A stretch of 60,716 nucleotides of DNA, filler included, from Hausera hauseri (taxonomy: Eukaryota), in assembly GCA_046269625.1 (NCBI GenBank). It is 11 parts of 11 records of this genome, joined end to end, with 100 filler letters (N's around TTAATTAATTAA, not from the genome) between each part and the next. Parts side by side here need not be neighbours in the genome. Positions count along the whole stretch, not along the records: positions 1 to 4,612 come from JBJURY010505130.1; positions 4,713 to 11,203 come from JBJURY010094098.1; positions 11,304 to 15,650 come from JBJURY010624108.1; 8 more parts are not named here. One strand, written 5' to 3'. The number at the start of each line of letters is the position of its first letter. Position 1 is the first letter of the stretch. Below are positions 1-11,804 of the stretch, in pieces. The notes below the pieces were generated by a model, which worked only from the letters and a program-made list of their open reading frames with translations, ran no database searches and had not been told where the DNA came from. The position numbers were made by a program, and so were the translations under genes.

Positions 1-241
1 ATGGTAGTAAAATGAATGAAACCTTAGAAGTGCCGAAAATACGTAAAGCTTGGCCGTTAGCTGTGTACAATTTGGTGTTAGATGGTGAGATGAATGGTGT
101 TTTGATGGATGGTGGTAAAAAAGAAACGGCAGCCCCAGAGTCAATTAAGAAGTTGATGGGTTGATTGGATTCAAAAGTTAAAAAAGCTTTTTGTGTAAAA
201 ACGGCATAAGTACAGCAATCATAATGAAAACGTTTGCCTGT

Positions 242-283
242 GCCAGCATGTGCCGAAACATCTGGCGGCTTTATGAGTTTTTT
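242..283 (-). promoter_or_regulatory. -1 programmed ribosomal frameshift site (A AAA AAC plus pseudoknot/hairpin) between gag and pol
   Basis: Slippery heptamer at 283-277 just before the gag stop, 7-nt spacer, then GCCG/CGGC and CCAGATGT/ACATGCTGG stems. The -1 frame is open into the protease. Confidence 0.75.
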
Positions 284-1320
284 GGAGGCACAGGATTTAT
301 ATCGTTGGAAAAGGTAGGTGGTGGTGAATTAGATCGGTTAGCGAAAGTGCAACCTGTAATACAATTATGTGCTTGAGAATTAAATTTGTTATGATAAATA
401 CAGATAATGTCAGGTCGTTTGAAATGGGGTGCATAAAATCTGCAACCTAAACAGCATTTAGTGGAGTTGTCTTTAAATTTGGTGTGGTAGTAACATACCA
501 TTGACCGTGTAGGTGACCTCGCATGCCTTGAATTTTGAGATGAGGTGCGGCTATGGTTCGCATCGGGATGATTTCGTCTAGGCATGGTCAAAGCTTCGAT
601 TTTTGACGTGAGTTCAGAAATTGCTTGATGTATGTTCGCGTTTTCGGTACGTAAAGAATTTATCTGTGAGTTCAGATTAGCTATGTCGCTAGCTTGTTGA
701 GTTGTTGGTGCATGTAACGTAGCGGCTGTTAATGGGGCTGTATGTGCAGATAAAATGTCGTGGCTTTTGTCAGCCAGTTGTGCTAGTTTTTGTAGTGACG
801 ATGTGTCCTCTACTATTGTCAATAGTGCGCGTATGTCTTGGAAAAGACTGTCGAAAATGCCTGCGTAGTAAATCGGCGTTATTTGCTTCATTAACGCTAA
901 GGGTACTCAATTGAGTTAGTGAGGTTTGTAGAAATTCTGAGGGTTTCAATGTTCCTATGGTGTTGTCATCAAAATATTTATGTTTGATGTTATCTAGGGA
1001 TGATTCGGTGATTTTTAAAATAGAGTTAGATTGTTTTATATGGGTCACTACTTTGGAAAATTTCCGATAAATTGGGAAGCTGCGACTTAATGTTAGAAGG
1101 CAAGAGCATAAGCAAACTGTTTGCTTTAAGGAACGAATCGACAATATTATTTGACTTCAACCAAGCCACATGAAAGTCCAACCACGTCCGACTAGAGTTG
1201 CTTGTCGACGAAGTATTCTACGCAAGGTAGATTTATAGTAGACGCAGGAGGTAGAGGTACACTTATAGTAGGGATGTCGCCAAATCTTGTTGGTCCTTAG
1301 ATGTTTTTGGATCAGATCCA
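271..1320 (-). pseudogene. gag: Gypsy gag, frameshifted, with duplicated C-terminal Cys/His motif
   Basis: ORFs 770..1144 and 271..891 join across frameshifts; CYYHTKFKDNSTKCCLGC and CIYHNKFNSQAHNCITGC. The 5' boundary is approximate. Confidence 0.85.
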
Positions 1321-1559
1321 CCTAACAGACGATAGTGTGAGGTAACTATAGGTGTCGAAGAGGAGCGGGTGTAGTTAGTGATAATGTCTGATTGCTGCAA
1401 AAAATCCGTTAAAACTAAAAGGAAAATTAGTCTGGAATATTTCTCGTTGGAGTACGCTAGACAAATTTGCGATAGTTGCAGTTTGATGTAGTATGTGTGT
1501 GCATGTTTTCAAGCAACAGAGTAAGGAAGATAAAGTTTTCAGCTATGTTGGGTGTATAA

Positions 1560-1660
1560 TGTGGTGCATAGGACACGGGCGCACCCAAAATCCCCGCGCT
1601 GTAATAGTTGATCTGCCCAATCAGGGTCGTAAACACTAGGAAAGATGTCCTGCGGCTACA
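1560..1660 (-). repeat. Putative short 5' LTR (~101 bp)
   Basis: TGTAGCCGCAGGACA...TGTCCTATGCACCACA on the minus strand: TG...CA ends with an imperfect terminal inverted repeat, upstream of gag. Confidence 0.6.
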
Positions 1661-2056
1661 GCTCGGTTTATGTATGACATTGGTTTTCCGTAATCTTGAT
1701 GAATGTCTTTCTAACAATTTGTTCCGCATTAAATCAACTGGCGTTTCGTTAACTAACGACTCACCGTCTGCAAATTTAATCAAGCGTCGACGGTAAATAT
1801 GTTCGGGTGAACTATGAGATGTATTATAAAAAAATTACGAAATCTAAGATCCATGAATAAATGTATGGAATGGAAATATATCAAATTCACCGACCTTTTT
1901 TTAAATCCTGGGTCCAAAACAGCTGTAGAGCACGGGATCGTTAGAGAGCTCCGCGCCTTGTGAGAAAACCAAACAGACACCACCGTTTTAAAAACAACAC
2001 CAACGGGAACGAGTGAACAAAATATCGTTCAGTGTCTTTGATAAATTCGGTGGAGT

Positions 2057-2968
2057 TTACGTCATAGCCACGGTGATGAGGTTCGTGAAATGCTTTGTAA
2101 TATGCTCAGTGGTATATTCGCCTTTGGTTTTAAAATCGTTGGCGACTTTGACAAAATGATTTTCAATGTCAACATCGGATTTGCGTAGTAAAGATAGAAT
2201 TGTAGATAGTGCTTGCATTCTGTTATCAAATTGAGGATCATACAAAACAACAATATCCAACATATCTAGGCATCGATTTCTGAACTGCCTCTTTACCAAA
2301 GCATTTCGTCTCTTATCTTTCAAATATTGTTTTGGTTTATTAAAGAGCGATGTATCCGCATTTTTGTCGCCACCATCGTCACTGATATCATGACCTTTAG
2401 TATCTGGGCAGTTATCATCATCACTATAATCTACGTCCGCCTGAAAGGATCCAAGTGCCGAGATAATTCGATTTCTAACTTCCTCATCCCCCTCACAACT
2501 CTCATTATTATCCTCACTCTCTTCATCTGATTCCTCTTTTGACTTATCGTTTGATGCCTCTTGCGTTTCATTCAAAATTCCTTTAATCGACTTATCACCT
2601 GAATCCTCTGATTGCAAAATGCTAGCAATTGAATCATTTACATGACTAATGACGGATGAATCGCAATAGCCACTTTTGGTAAACTGCTGAAATGTTCGAA
2701 CGGCCAAATTTCTCAAATAGTGACAGTCTTATCCCAACAGTAAAATTAAGACGTCAGTAAATACCAATCTCCAGTTGGTATTTTCGACTTCCGACTTATC
2801 GTTGTTCGTGCTTAACTTTTGTTTTTTTGTACTCGGCTGTTTATTGACTTTGAGTGACATGGATTCGGTCAGACATATCCATAAATCGTCAATAATTTCG
2901 AAGAGTTCTGGAAATATTTTGAGTAAACTACAGCTGAAGGAGTATATGTAACAAAGAAGAGAGCACAA
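2057..2968 (-). pseudogene. MYBBP1A: MYB-binding protein 1A / Pol5 (DNA polymerase phi family) fragment with in-frame stop
   Basis: WRLVFTDVLILLLG*DCHYLRNLAVRTF, an acidic tract, then FRNRCLDMLDIVV, matching recalled MYBBP1A motifs WVEVLVEILLALLAQPSHLMRQVARSVF and FQIRVLDLVEVLV. The two ORFs share a frame and are separated by TAA at 2731-2729. Confidence 0.75.
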
Positions 2969-3494
2969 GTACGACTAAATGAATAAGAATTCCTGTGTAA
3001 GCATATCTCGTACGAATTTGCAATCAATTATGTATCAGAAAATATATAATCTATCAGTTTGAAACGATATGATTCACAATGTTAGAATATTTTCATCATT
3101 TTTGTTAACGTGCGTCGATATCAGCAATTGAATAATGATCATGAAAAGAGACGGATATGATACGAAACGTGAATGCGAAATTAAAATCATTTGATGTTGC
3201 TCTGTGAACAATTTGGTCACAAAATCGAATGAAAATAAAGAGAAAGCGTTTTTCGGGGGAATTTCCCGTACAATATCGCATTCGAACCGACACACAGATA
3301 TGTAAAAACAAATATGTCGAAATTCCTGTAATAAAAAGTTCAAATCGTAATATTATTAAAAATTGAGCGAATTACAAAAATCCCCGGCTCAGCATTAAGG
3401 AAGTAGTTATTCTGAACATTTTGAGCCGCTTTTGTTGGCGATTAGCCTTACCTACAAAACGTTATAGCATTTTGAAATCAGCTATGAGGAAAGG

Positions 3495-4470
3495 CATAGT
3501 GCAGTGGTCCCAGACAAGTAAACTGGTTAGCAAAAAACTTCAAAAGAGAAAACAACAAAAAATAACTTTTAATTTTCAAAAAGACCGCTATAAAATAGAA
3601 TATATTCATCGAGTGCGTTTTTGCCGCATGTATGAGCACCTCCAATATTTTTCCGCTTTAACCTTATGCATAATGGATCAAAAGTTGAATGAAGTTTTTC
3701 TAATCCTTCTTTTGACATGTTTCCCAAATAATGGTTTTGTTTCAAGAAATCCCCCAAATGTACTGCAACATGAGCCTTGATAGTTCGAAATCCAATTTCG
3801 GACGCTTCCAGACGCGTAAGAAGCCTCTCTGAGCTGCAAATTATTTCACCTAATTCACCATCGCCCATTGCTAATTTTGTTGAGCTAATTAATTTTGAAA
3901 ATTTTTCAAATTAACCAAGACAATCGACCACTACGTAGAATCTTGGCGACTTAACAAGTCCTCGAAATTTGGCTTTATTTGAACATAATTTCCTGACTTT
4001 TTGTCCCATTTACATCATCAGATTTAAAAATTTTCGAGAATCCAAGTCTGCTAGAAATACTCTGGCGCCTGTGCTAATCGAGATCGGACCGTTGCCATAA
4101 CATCACGTAGTATAACCATATTTTTATCGATCTTGTATTCACAGTTCACCTGCAAAGGTTCCTTTATTTTCCTCATTTGGTACTCCGTGGAAAAAGCGCG
4201 TGTAGTTTTAGTATAAGCACGATGTGCAATTCTTGAAGCTTTCGACTTGAAAAAGAGTGCTAGAGTTTGGATTGGTGAAAGACGAGAATCTGTTGTTGAC
4301 TGTGACTGTTGAAGATACTTATTGCGAATATTACTAGCCATGTGAAGTAGCTGCAACTTATGTTGGCGATTTAATTGAATTTTCTCTTGGTTGAGACGTT
4401 TTTGCTCTCGCGTCGTTTTAATTTTTAACATAATCTTTTTGTCTTTCTTCCTAATCACTGGCTTCATTTT
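3495..4470 (-). mobile_element. Transib/RAG1-like transposase remnant (internally deleted) with one candidate terminus
   Basis: LSPIQTLALFFKSKASRIAH and KAHVAVHLGDFLKQNHYLGNMSKEGLEKLH resemble the Transib/RAG1 LSP..LAL and H..LG..SEEG.E..H motifs; CATAGTG/TGCAGTGGTCC at 3495-3510. Confidence 0.5.
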
Positions 4471-4612
4471 TCGAATTTGCTATAGAGGCACATTTTTTGT
4501 TCGGTTTGAAGCTTTGGATCTACGGGACATCTCTAAAAAAGTATTAAGTTTAATAAAAAACCTCTCTTATTCAAGTCTTTAAATTGGTTCCAGCATCTGT
4601 ACTGTTTAGAAC

Positions 4613-4712
4613 NNNNNNNNNNNNNNNNNNNNNNNNNNNNNNNNNNNNNNNNNNNNTTAATTAATTAANNNNNNNNNNNNNNNNNNNNNNNNNNNNNNNN
4701 NNNNNNNNNNNN
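4613..4712. other. Artificial contig-joining spacer (first of ten identical 100-bp spacers; others start at 11204, 15651, 20351, 26382, 34801, 39465, 44461, 51376, 55538)
   Basis: Identical 44N-TTAATTAATTAA-44N blocks; the core has stop codons in all six frames. Confidence 0.98.
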
Positions 4713-7700
4713 TTGCATGACGTTGATAGTTGCCATAGTGTAATGGAGCAGTACTATGGCGCCACAACGGTGTACGATAAACGGGCTTATGTTTGTCTTG
4801 GTTGTTCTATAGTTGATAATATCAGCTATGAACAATTCTACAACATTCACAAGAACCACTTGAACCAGTTTCAGAGGTTTAAAAAGGAAATATTCATGGA
4901 CGCAGCAAGAAACAGCAGGAAACGTCTAGCATCAGCAAACCTTGACGAATACTTTCAAAACAACAGAAGTCAAAAACAGCAGCAGCAGAAGGAACGTGAA
5001 CCGCCCATTACTGTCAAGTACGAACTGGGCAGATTTTACGTGGATATAAAGGTAAACATGTCGGCGAAAACAGCAACGTAATTGAAGGATGTACCCGTTA
5101 ATGTGCATAACTAGTTGGAATCAAAGGTGGCCAAATTGCAACAAAAACACCACTGCAAAGTGCAATATTATGCACTTGCAAAAATTGAAAATCTGCAAGG
5201 TGACAGAAAACAATGCTACCTGTCACATCGAGCCGTACCATACTCTGAGGATTTTATTGTCGATGTAGGCGGAAAGATTGACAAAAAATCGTCAACTACA
5301 CCGATAAGGGCAGTAGTTGGCGAATTGTAAAGATTGTCACCATCGGCTTTATTCTGACCAAGACGAGTGACATGATTTACCTGTCTGGACGTTCATTTAT
5401 ACCGACACTTGCATCCTTGAAGCAATGTCTGAAGGTAGTGAATGTACAAAATACTAACGACAAATACTGCTTTATTTATATCAAGTATCCGAATATCATG
5501 CAAATTGTCCAAAGCAGTACAGTAAGTATATCTCAGAATTGGACTACGACGAGGGTCGGATGCCCATGAAACTTAAAACCATTCCGGCTTTTGAACGGCG
5601 TAATCCGCCACTGGCAATCAACGTGTTGCGGTACAACACAATCGTAGAAATACCTGCATACGAAGAAATATACAAAAACCCACACATGTATATAATTTAT
5701 CGCAGTCGGAACCCGAATGGACGCTCGGTAAATTTGTTGCTGTTGGAGCAAGCAGATAAATTTTACTACGTGGTAGTAACCAATTTGGACAGACTGCTGA
5801 ACATGTATCACCACCAATTCACCAAAAAGCGTATAAATTGTAAATGGTGCCCTACATGTCTGCATGGTTTTAGGTCAAAAACGACATGGGAAAAACACGT
5901 GGCACTGTCAGACAAAGTTCATCAGGGAAAACAATGTACGTCATGCTAGTCGAAAAGGAGCTGAGATTTAGTGACTGGTCGAAAACAGACAGTCCGGCAT
6001 ATGTGGTATATGCCGATATCGAGACAATCCTACCGCGGCACAACGTATACGAACAAAATCACATTCCAATCGCCTTCGATATGTTGGTTTTTTCAATAAA
6101 AGCCGCCGGAGAACTGCAATATTACGTTTTTCATTGCTCGAACTGTATACACGATTTCCTGCAACAGTTGGAAACTATAGTGGAAACGGAAATCGCACCG
6201 TGGTACAGTAAAAATAGCACTAAGCCCTTGTTATGGACAGACGAATATGAACCGCTGCTTTTTGCTGCCACTGATGAACGTTTCCTCTGCCACAAAATAT
6301 TGCCTTTTGATGCACAGGAACTGCTTGTACCGGACCACGATCATTTTACCGGTCGGTACCTGGGAGCAGCATGCAACGCATGCAATTTAACAAGGCGTGT
6401 TCGGCCATTTCTACCGGTGATCTTTCATAATTTCCTAGGTTACGATTATCACTATATACTAAAATGGGCCATCAACGGATTTTCGCACTGGGAACTGCCC
6501 ATAATCTTAACAACAATGGAGAAGTACCTGTCCCTGTCAGACGCATAAACCGGTTTCAGGTATGCTTCCTTCATTCATTGGAATTTCTCAATTAATCATT
6601 GACGAAGCTGGTAAATGCCTTGCCGGATGTGCCAACTACCTCAACGCAGTTCCCCACACATATTGCACGCAGCAAAGGCATATTTCCATATGACTTTGCA
6701 ACATCATATGCGCGACTCTGGACAGCAGAGGAATTACCACCGCGATGGAGTGGCATCATAGAAGATGAATATCATTGAGCACAAGAATCTATGATAGAAC
6801 TGGGCTGTAGAAACATGTTGGATTACATGCTCCAGTATCTTAAAATGGACGTGAACTTATTAGCCGATGTGTTCCAGACGTTTTGAGCGAAAGCGTTGGC
6901 GGAAGATAGGCTGGAGTCGCTCAACATTTACTCAATATCCGGAATGAGTTGGGCATCAGCTCTGATGTTACTGGATCGGGATATCAAGCTATTGTAAAAC
7001 CCGGAAATATACTATACGGAAAAACAGTGGAGAATCTGAATAAGCGGCTCAATGTACGCCTATGCAATAGTGAAAAGCGGCTGGTCACGTACACGAGTAC
7101 GGTGCAGCTTCGGCGGTCAATGCACATTGCCGATGGATTGGTTACCGTGCTTTTGAACAGAGAAAAAGTCGTTCTGGACCGGCCAAGTTACATCGGACAA
7201 GTGGTATTGGACCTGAGCAAGTTGCGGATTTATGAGCTACAGTATCGCGATTTGGCACGTTACAGGCAAATGTTCGGCGGCAGTGGCAGAATCAATATAA
7301 TTGCCGATAACACAGAAAGTTTTTTCTTGGAACTGAAAAAAGTCAATCGCGAACAACTACTGCAGCAAATGATGGCAGACGGATTACTGGACACGTTTCG
7401 TTAACCAGAGAATCATCCATTGTACAGCAATACCATCACAAACAAAATCGGCTGCTTCAAGGATGAAAGTGAAGGTCGGGCTTATTATCGGGAATGGGTA
7501 TTTCTACGGCCAAAATGTTATTGTCTTTTGATTGACTGTGGACCGAAAATGCGCCCCAAAGGAGTTCAGTTGTCCCAGAAGGAAATAAATCACTGTGATT
7601 GTCGCGGTGTTTATGAAGAAGAAGGAAGACAATCAAGAGCTGTTGTGTTTCAAACGATCATCCGATTGATTGGGCATCAGGTGTATACGGCGACCAAGAC

Positions 7701-7770
7701 AAAAGTCGCTTTATCATGCAGTGATGATAAGCGTAAGTGGGTGAGAGGGAATAAGTGTTGGGCGTACGAA
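4713..7770 (+). pseudogene. polB: Polinton/Maverick (adintovirus-type) protein-primed DNA polymerase B, degraded
   Basis: VNVQNTNDKYCF, YADIE, DHDHFTGRYLGAACNACNL, FHNFLGYD, KGIFPYD, YGKTVENLNKR, YIGQVVLDLSK, PKGV, DDKR. Many stops and frameshifts; the motif-A region appears deleted near 6980. Confidence 0.9.
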
Positions 7771-8116
7771 TATTGCTCCCATTGTTACCAAATCGAATTT
7801 CACCATCGACACCTAGTTTGTAGCATATGTTATTTTTGTCCTCAATTCATATATTCTTACTTCCACCACCCTAGAAGAGCTGTTCTCACCATCACTAACA
7901 TACCGATCCCTCAATTACTTCCAACCAGATATTTTCGATTAGAACAACAATCATCCGCCAGAGTTGAATTTCCAATCCATCGTTTTAGCCCATCCACAAT
8001 AGTCAGACCACTGCCAGTTACATACCAAGACCTTTACCCCACATAAATGTCACGCCCCTACTACGTCAATTATCCTCAATACCACACCCACGTTATCATC
8101 CCGAAGAGATCATTAG

Positions 8117-8674
8117 GCCGTTACCTTCACTATACCTTCAATAATACCTGTTCCGACTATATATCATAGTCCTTCACTTCCATCATTATTACAACAAGAT
8201 TGGTTCCAAGTTTTAAATAGATGTCCGATTGACCTCATTTCCGATCTAGCCTCTCCAGATCTTTGGGCATCACTGCAAATCCTTTTCTACGACCAACTCC
8301 ATACATACGAATGTACTATATGTCTTATCGAACGTATAAATGTGGTCCAATTCCAATGCAACAATAATCTATGTGTAACGTGCTTCAACAAACTTCGTTC
8401 CCAATTCCTGCAATCCATCGACCCAAACGATGCACTTCGAATGACTTTCCAGAACGGAATTTCATGCCCTTACTGCCGTCAACCATCAGTTTACCACTTT
8501 TCATACACCTACGACAATCGTACCCAACGATTATGCCATTGGATCAACCCTATGAACGACGCGATATTAACAATCAAACCCAGAAACCTCAGCTTCATTG
8601 ATGTCAGTACCGAGAGTGATCCGGAGGACCGAATCCTTTTTCAAAGGGGGAAAAATGTTAGGGTTTGTTGTTAA
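8117..8674 (+). CDS. RING-finger (C3HC4-like) protein fragment
   Basis: Frame is open from 8117: ECTICLIERINVVQFQCNNNLCVTC...CPYC (the His position is Asn). Confidence 0.7.
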   Translation, partial: AVTFTIPSIIPVPTIYHSPSLPSLLQQDWFQVLNRCPIDLISDLASPDLWASLQILFYDQLHTYECTICLIERINVVQFQCNNNLCVTCFNKLRSQFLQSIDPNDALRMTFQNGISCPYCRQPSVYHFSYTYDNRTQRLCHWINPMNDAILTIKPRNLSFIDVSTESDPEDRILFQRGKNVRVCC

Positions 8675-8743
8675 TTGAAGTAAACATCAAACTCAAAACG
8701 TCAGATATCAACACAGAATTCAACTCCAACATGGTATCCAGCT
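8644..8743 (+). repeat. Polypurine tract, ~76-bp LTR-like unit and PBS-like sequence
   Basis: AAGGGGGAAAAA, then TGTTAG(8656)...CCAACA(8731), followed immediately by TGGTATCCAGCT. Confidence 0.5.
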
Positions 8744-11700
8744 ACAACAAAAACGTTGACTTTATTTGATTTTTGATAATCCAAACATTACAAACTGAGG
8801 TGTGAATATTGGTGTAATGGTTAGTAAAACCCTTGTGTATAATCGTCCTGTCTTGTGTTTTGTTGAGCCCCTGATTGGCGTTCCTATTATACCTGTTTCG
8901 TGTACACTATTGTTATCCAAGGTGACTTAGTTAAAATCATGATGAGTTCATTTGTGGCACCATTAGTCAGCAATTTTAGAAAATCATAACAGCTCATTTG
9001 TGGATTATATACAATAAGTATAATAACTCATTTATGGATTACATTAAAATAAAAACACAATATATTCGATCTGCTAAAAGAATAGACATTAGGTCATTAA
9101 TGGATTCCTTATAGATACCACCCAGAAACCATCAGAATTTGTCAGAACGTTTAAAATATATTAAGAATTGTTTATATCTATCAAGTGCCCTCTTCAAATG
9201 CATCATTCAAAGAAAGCAGAAAACTACAGACCGGATTTTCAAAATATAAACTTTTTTATCTAGGAAATGCCAATCAAACTTCAAAAAACTAAATTTTAGA
9301 TTAACATCCATAAGAAATCCATTTAGAATTGACAGATTTTGCATTTCAAAAATGCTAAAATAGAATTGATAAATTAACAAACAGATAAGGCCAGAATGGT
9401 ATAAAAACGGAATGTAATCAACAGAAAACAACAACTTAACACATTGAAAAATTAAAAAGTTAAAGTTCCTGGATACCTTTGACAAATTATACATACTAAT
9501 TCCATTGAAATCGAGATATTGCTAACGAATTTTCAAGGAAATCATAAATTCGCGGAAAGAAAGCAGTAAACTTATCAAAACAAACCAGAAAGACAAAACA
9601 GAATTTAAATACTTAGTCATTGTCAACCAAAATCAATTTTCTACGAATAACTATACAGAATACCAACGATCTGATCATGGCTGAAAGATATGCTAATGAA
9701 ATTGAAATGCAAGAAGAATTACCTGGTAAATGTTTATTTTACGTTGCTGACCATAAGTTTCATTAATGCTAATCATGATTATAGTCGCAAAAGATGTTGT
9801 AAAATTTTGTCGTTAAAATATAGTTTTATATTAAAAGAAATTTGATGCGAACAGCCGATTATCAATGATAAAATTGCCATCCTCAGATGGGCCAGTGTTG
9901 AATATGGCAGGTAATTGAAAGTCGATTAAATGACGAAATATGCCTTATTTGAGCCGTGATATTAATGTGCAGATGGATTGATGTTTTCTTATGACTAACA
10001 ATATTCCATCAGTCAGTTGCCAAAGTGAGAGGTGGTCGTCACTGTTTCCTATGACTTAAGTGCTACGAAATTGATAATAATATTAAAGTTATCATCTCTG
10101 AATAAAGATAATGTACAGAATCTACGTAATTGAAGTGAGGTTTAAAACCAAATCACTAATGGATGACGTGCAAATGGGATAAACAAGTATTTTGACAAAA
10201 TAGTCTAATTGATCTCATTCCTCAACACAATCAGTAAAATTTATATTCGTTTTGTCAGTCATTACCAGTTGAATTATCATGTTTAACATCGTGCTAATTG
10301 GTATGGGCATGTAATTTATGAAAGGAATTTCCTACTGTTTGCAATGATTGAATTAAATGTAATATTTAGAGTCTATACTGCGAGTGATCAATCAAGATAA
10401 TTAATAATCCTTCTATTGACCATGTACTGATAAGGTCCACGTCGAATGAGCATTGATGAGATACAAAATATAAGCTATACGTTTTTATGAGTTGTGAAAT
10501 ATTATGTGATTGAATAATGATCTTCTCCTTCTGTATTGTATATAGACAATGAGGTATTAGATAAATTTTCCATGTAAGTAAACGTTGAGATGACTTAAGT
10601 CTATATATGTTTTACGATTCAAAGTATCGTTGCGACTGTGAATAAGAAAGATGAAGATTACTAAAGTCACCAAAAAAATTATAATAAATGTAAAACGTTC
10701 ATATAAAAAGCAGTTCTTACTTATATAACCATAAGGGATAACGATGATTATACATTTGACAAGATAAATATAAGTATTGATATTAAAGAATAAATTCCAA
10801 AGATTATACCTCAATTAATCAAGTTAAACAAATTCGGTTTAATTCTAGAAATTTATGAATAAGATTATTCAAGGTGAAAATGAGAGCATTCAATTAACTG
10901 TCTATTACCATGGTAACCTTAAATTTTGTGAGAGATCTTTATTAGATTATTTATTCAAACTACAATAAACAAAGGTGCAGACAATTAAATTGTCGAACCG
11001 CCAATGAACATCACCCCCTCAGTCATAAAACCAGGAATGAAACCATAGATGATGCCAATAAATTGTAGGATAAAATTTATATGTTGGAAAGGTACTTCAT
11101 TGGAATTTAACGCATTATATTGATATGGATTACTTATCTTTATTGAATCAATCCAACACATGGGGAAAATCGGTTGGGAAAATTTCCGTCGGGTAAAATT
11201 TCCNNNNNNNNNNNNNNNNNNNNNNNNNNNNNNNNNNNNNNNNNNNNTTAATTAATTAANNNNNNNNNNNNNNNNNNNNNNNNNNNNNNNNNNNNNNNNN
11301 NNNTTGCTTTCAATTTCTGATGACGTAGTTTTCCTCTTTGTTTCCATTTTCTGTATCTGAGCAGTCACTATACTGCGACAACACGCTCCTCCTTTATTTA
11401 AAAGGAACCTTTCTTTCTACACTCCAGTAGACAGAAAGTTCTTTACTGGTGATCTCTTCCTTCTGGCCCTCGCTGCGTTCTCGTCTGCTGACGGTTGCTT
11501 ATCTATATTCCGCCCATCCCTTCAGAAAAATCATTTTCCATTTCACGTGCACATATGGTCGTATTCGATTCGCTGTACGTTTGCAGAAATGGGAAATATT
11601 TTCCTCCAAATTGTAATGTTTTAAGCCTTATGGATTATTAAGTTCGGGTAAATCGTCCCGATGTCTCGAAATTCGATTCGCGCGTCAGTGTTTTATCCAC

Positions 11701-11804
11701 TATGTCTTCTGACGTTGTTGTGGCGGACATACATTATTTGCATTAGCGATATGTTTATCCAACATTTTTTCTCTCGCTATCTTCCTCCACCTGTTTGTCG
11801 TGTC

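Larger units (their letters stand above)
1..1660 (-). mobile_element. Ty3/Gypsy LTR retrotransposon, 5' part (LTR, degraded gag, start of protease)
   Basis: Gag with KPSEFL and CYYHTKF..C...C motifs. The -1 frame below 283 reads INFLIDSGAAVSFLP...LYTANG (aspartic protease). Homologous to 36260-39464. Confidence 0.9.

Noticed and set aside
2729-2731. TAA at Gln-aligned positions in both MYBBP1A and tubulin (36091-36093), suggesting a UAA=Gln genetic code
   Set aside because: The 720-aa and 1272-aa ORFs have many Gln codons, no internal TAA/TAG, and end in TAA. Stops in the TEs also replace Tyr and Glu. CAA>TAA decay is the simpler explanation.
4657-4668. Recurrent TTAATTAATTAA palindrome
   Set aside because: Assembly linker, not biological.
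9678-10500. ATG exon with a GT-AG intron (~9726-9784) suggesting a host gene
   Set aside because: Downstream frames are closed and no product is recognisable.
11001-11020. GAGGGGGTGA|TGT PPT-like junction on the minus strand
   Set aside because: No further LTR or pol similarity nearby, so too weak to call.
11161-11203. Repeated GGGAAAATTTCC-like motifs resembling NF-kB sites
   Set aside because: Truncated at the contig end; more likely the start of a simple or subterminal repeat.
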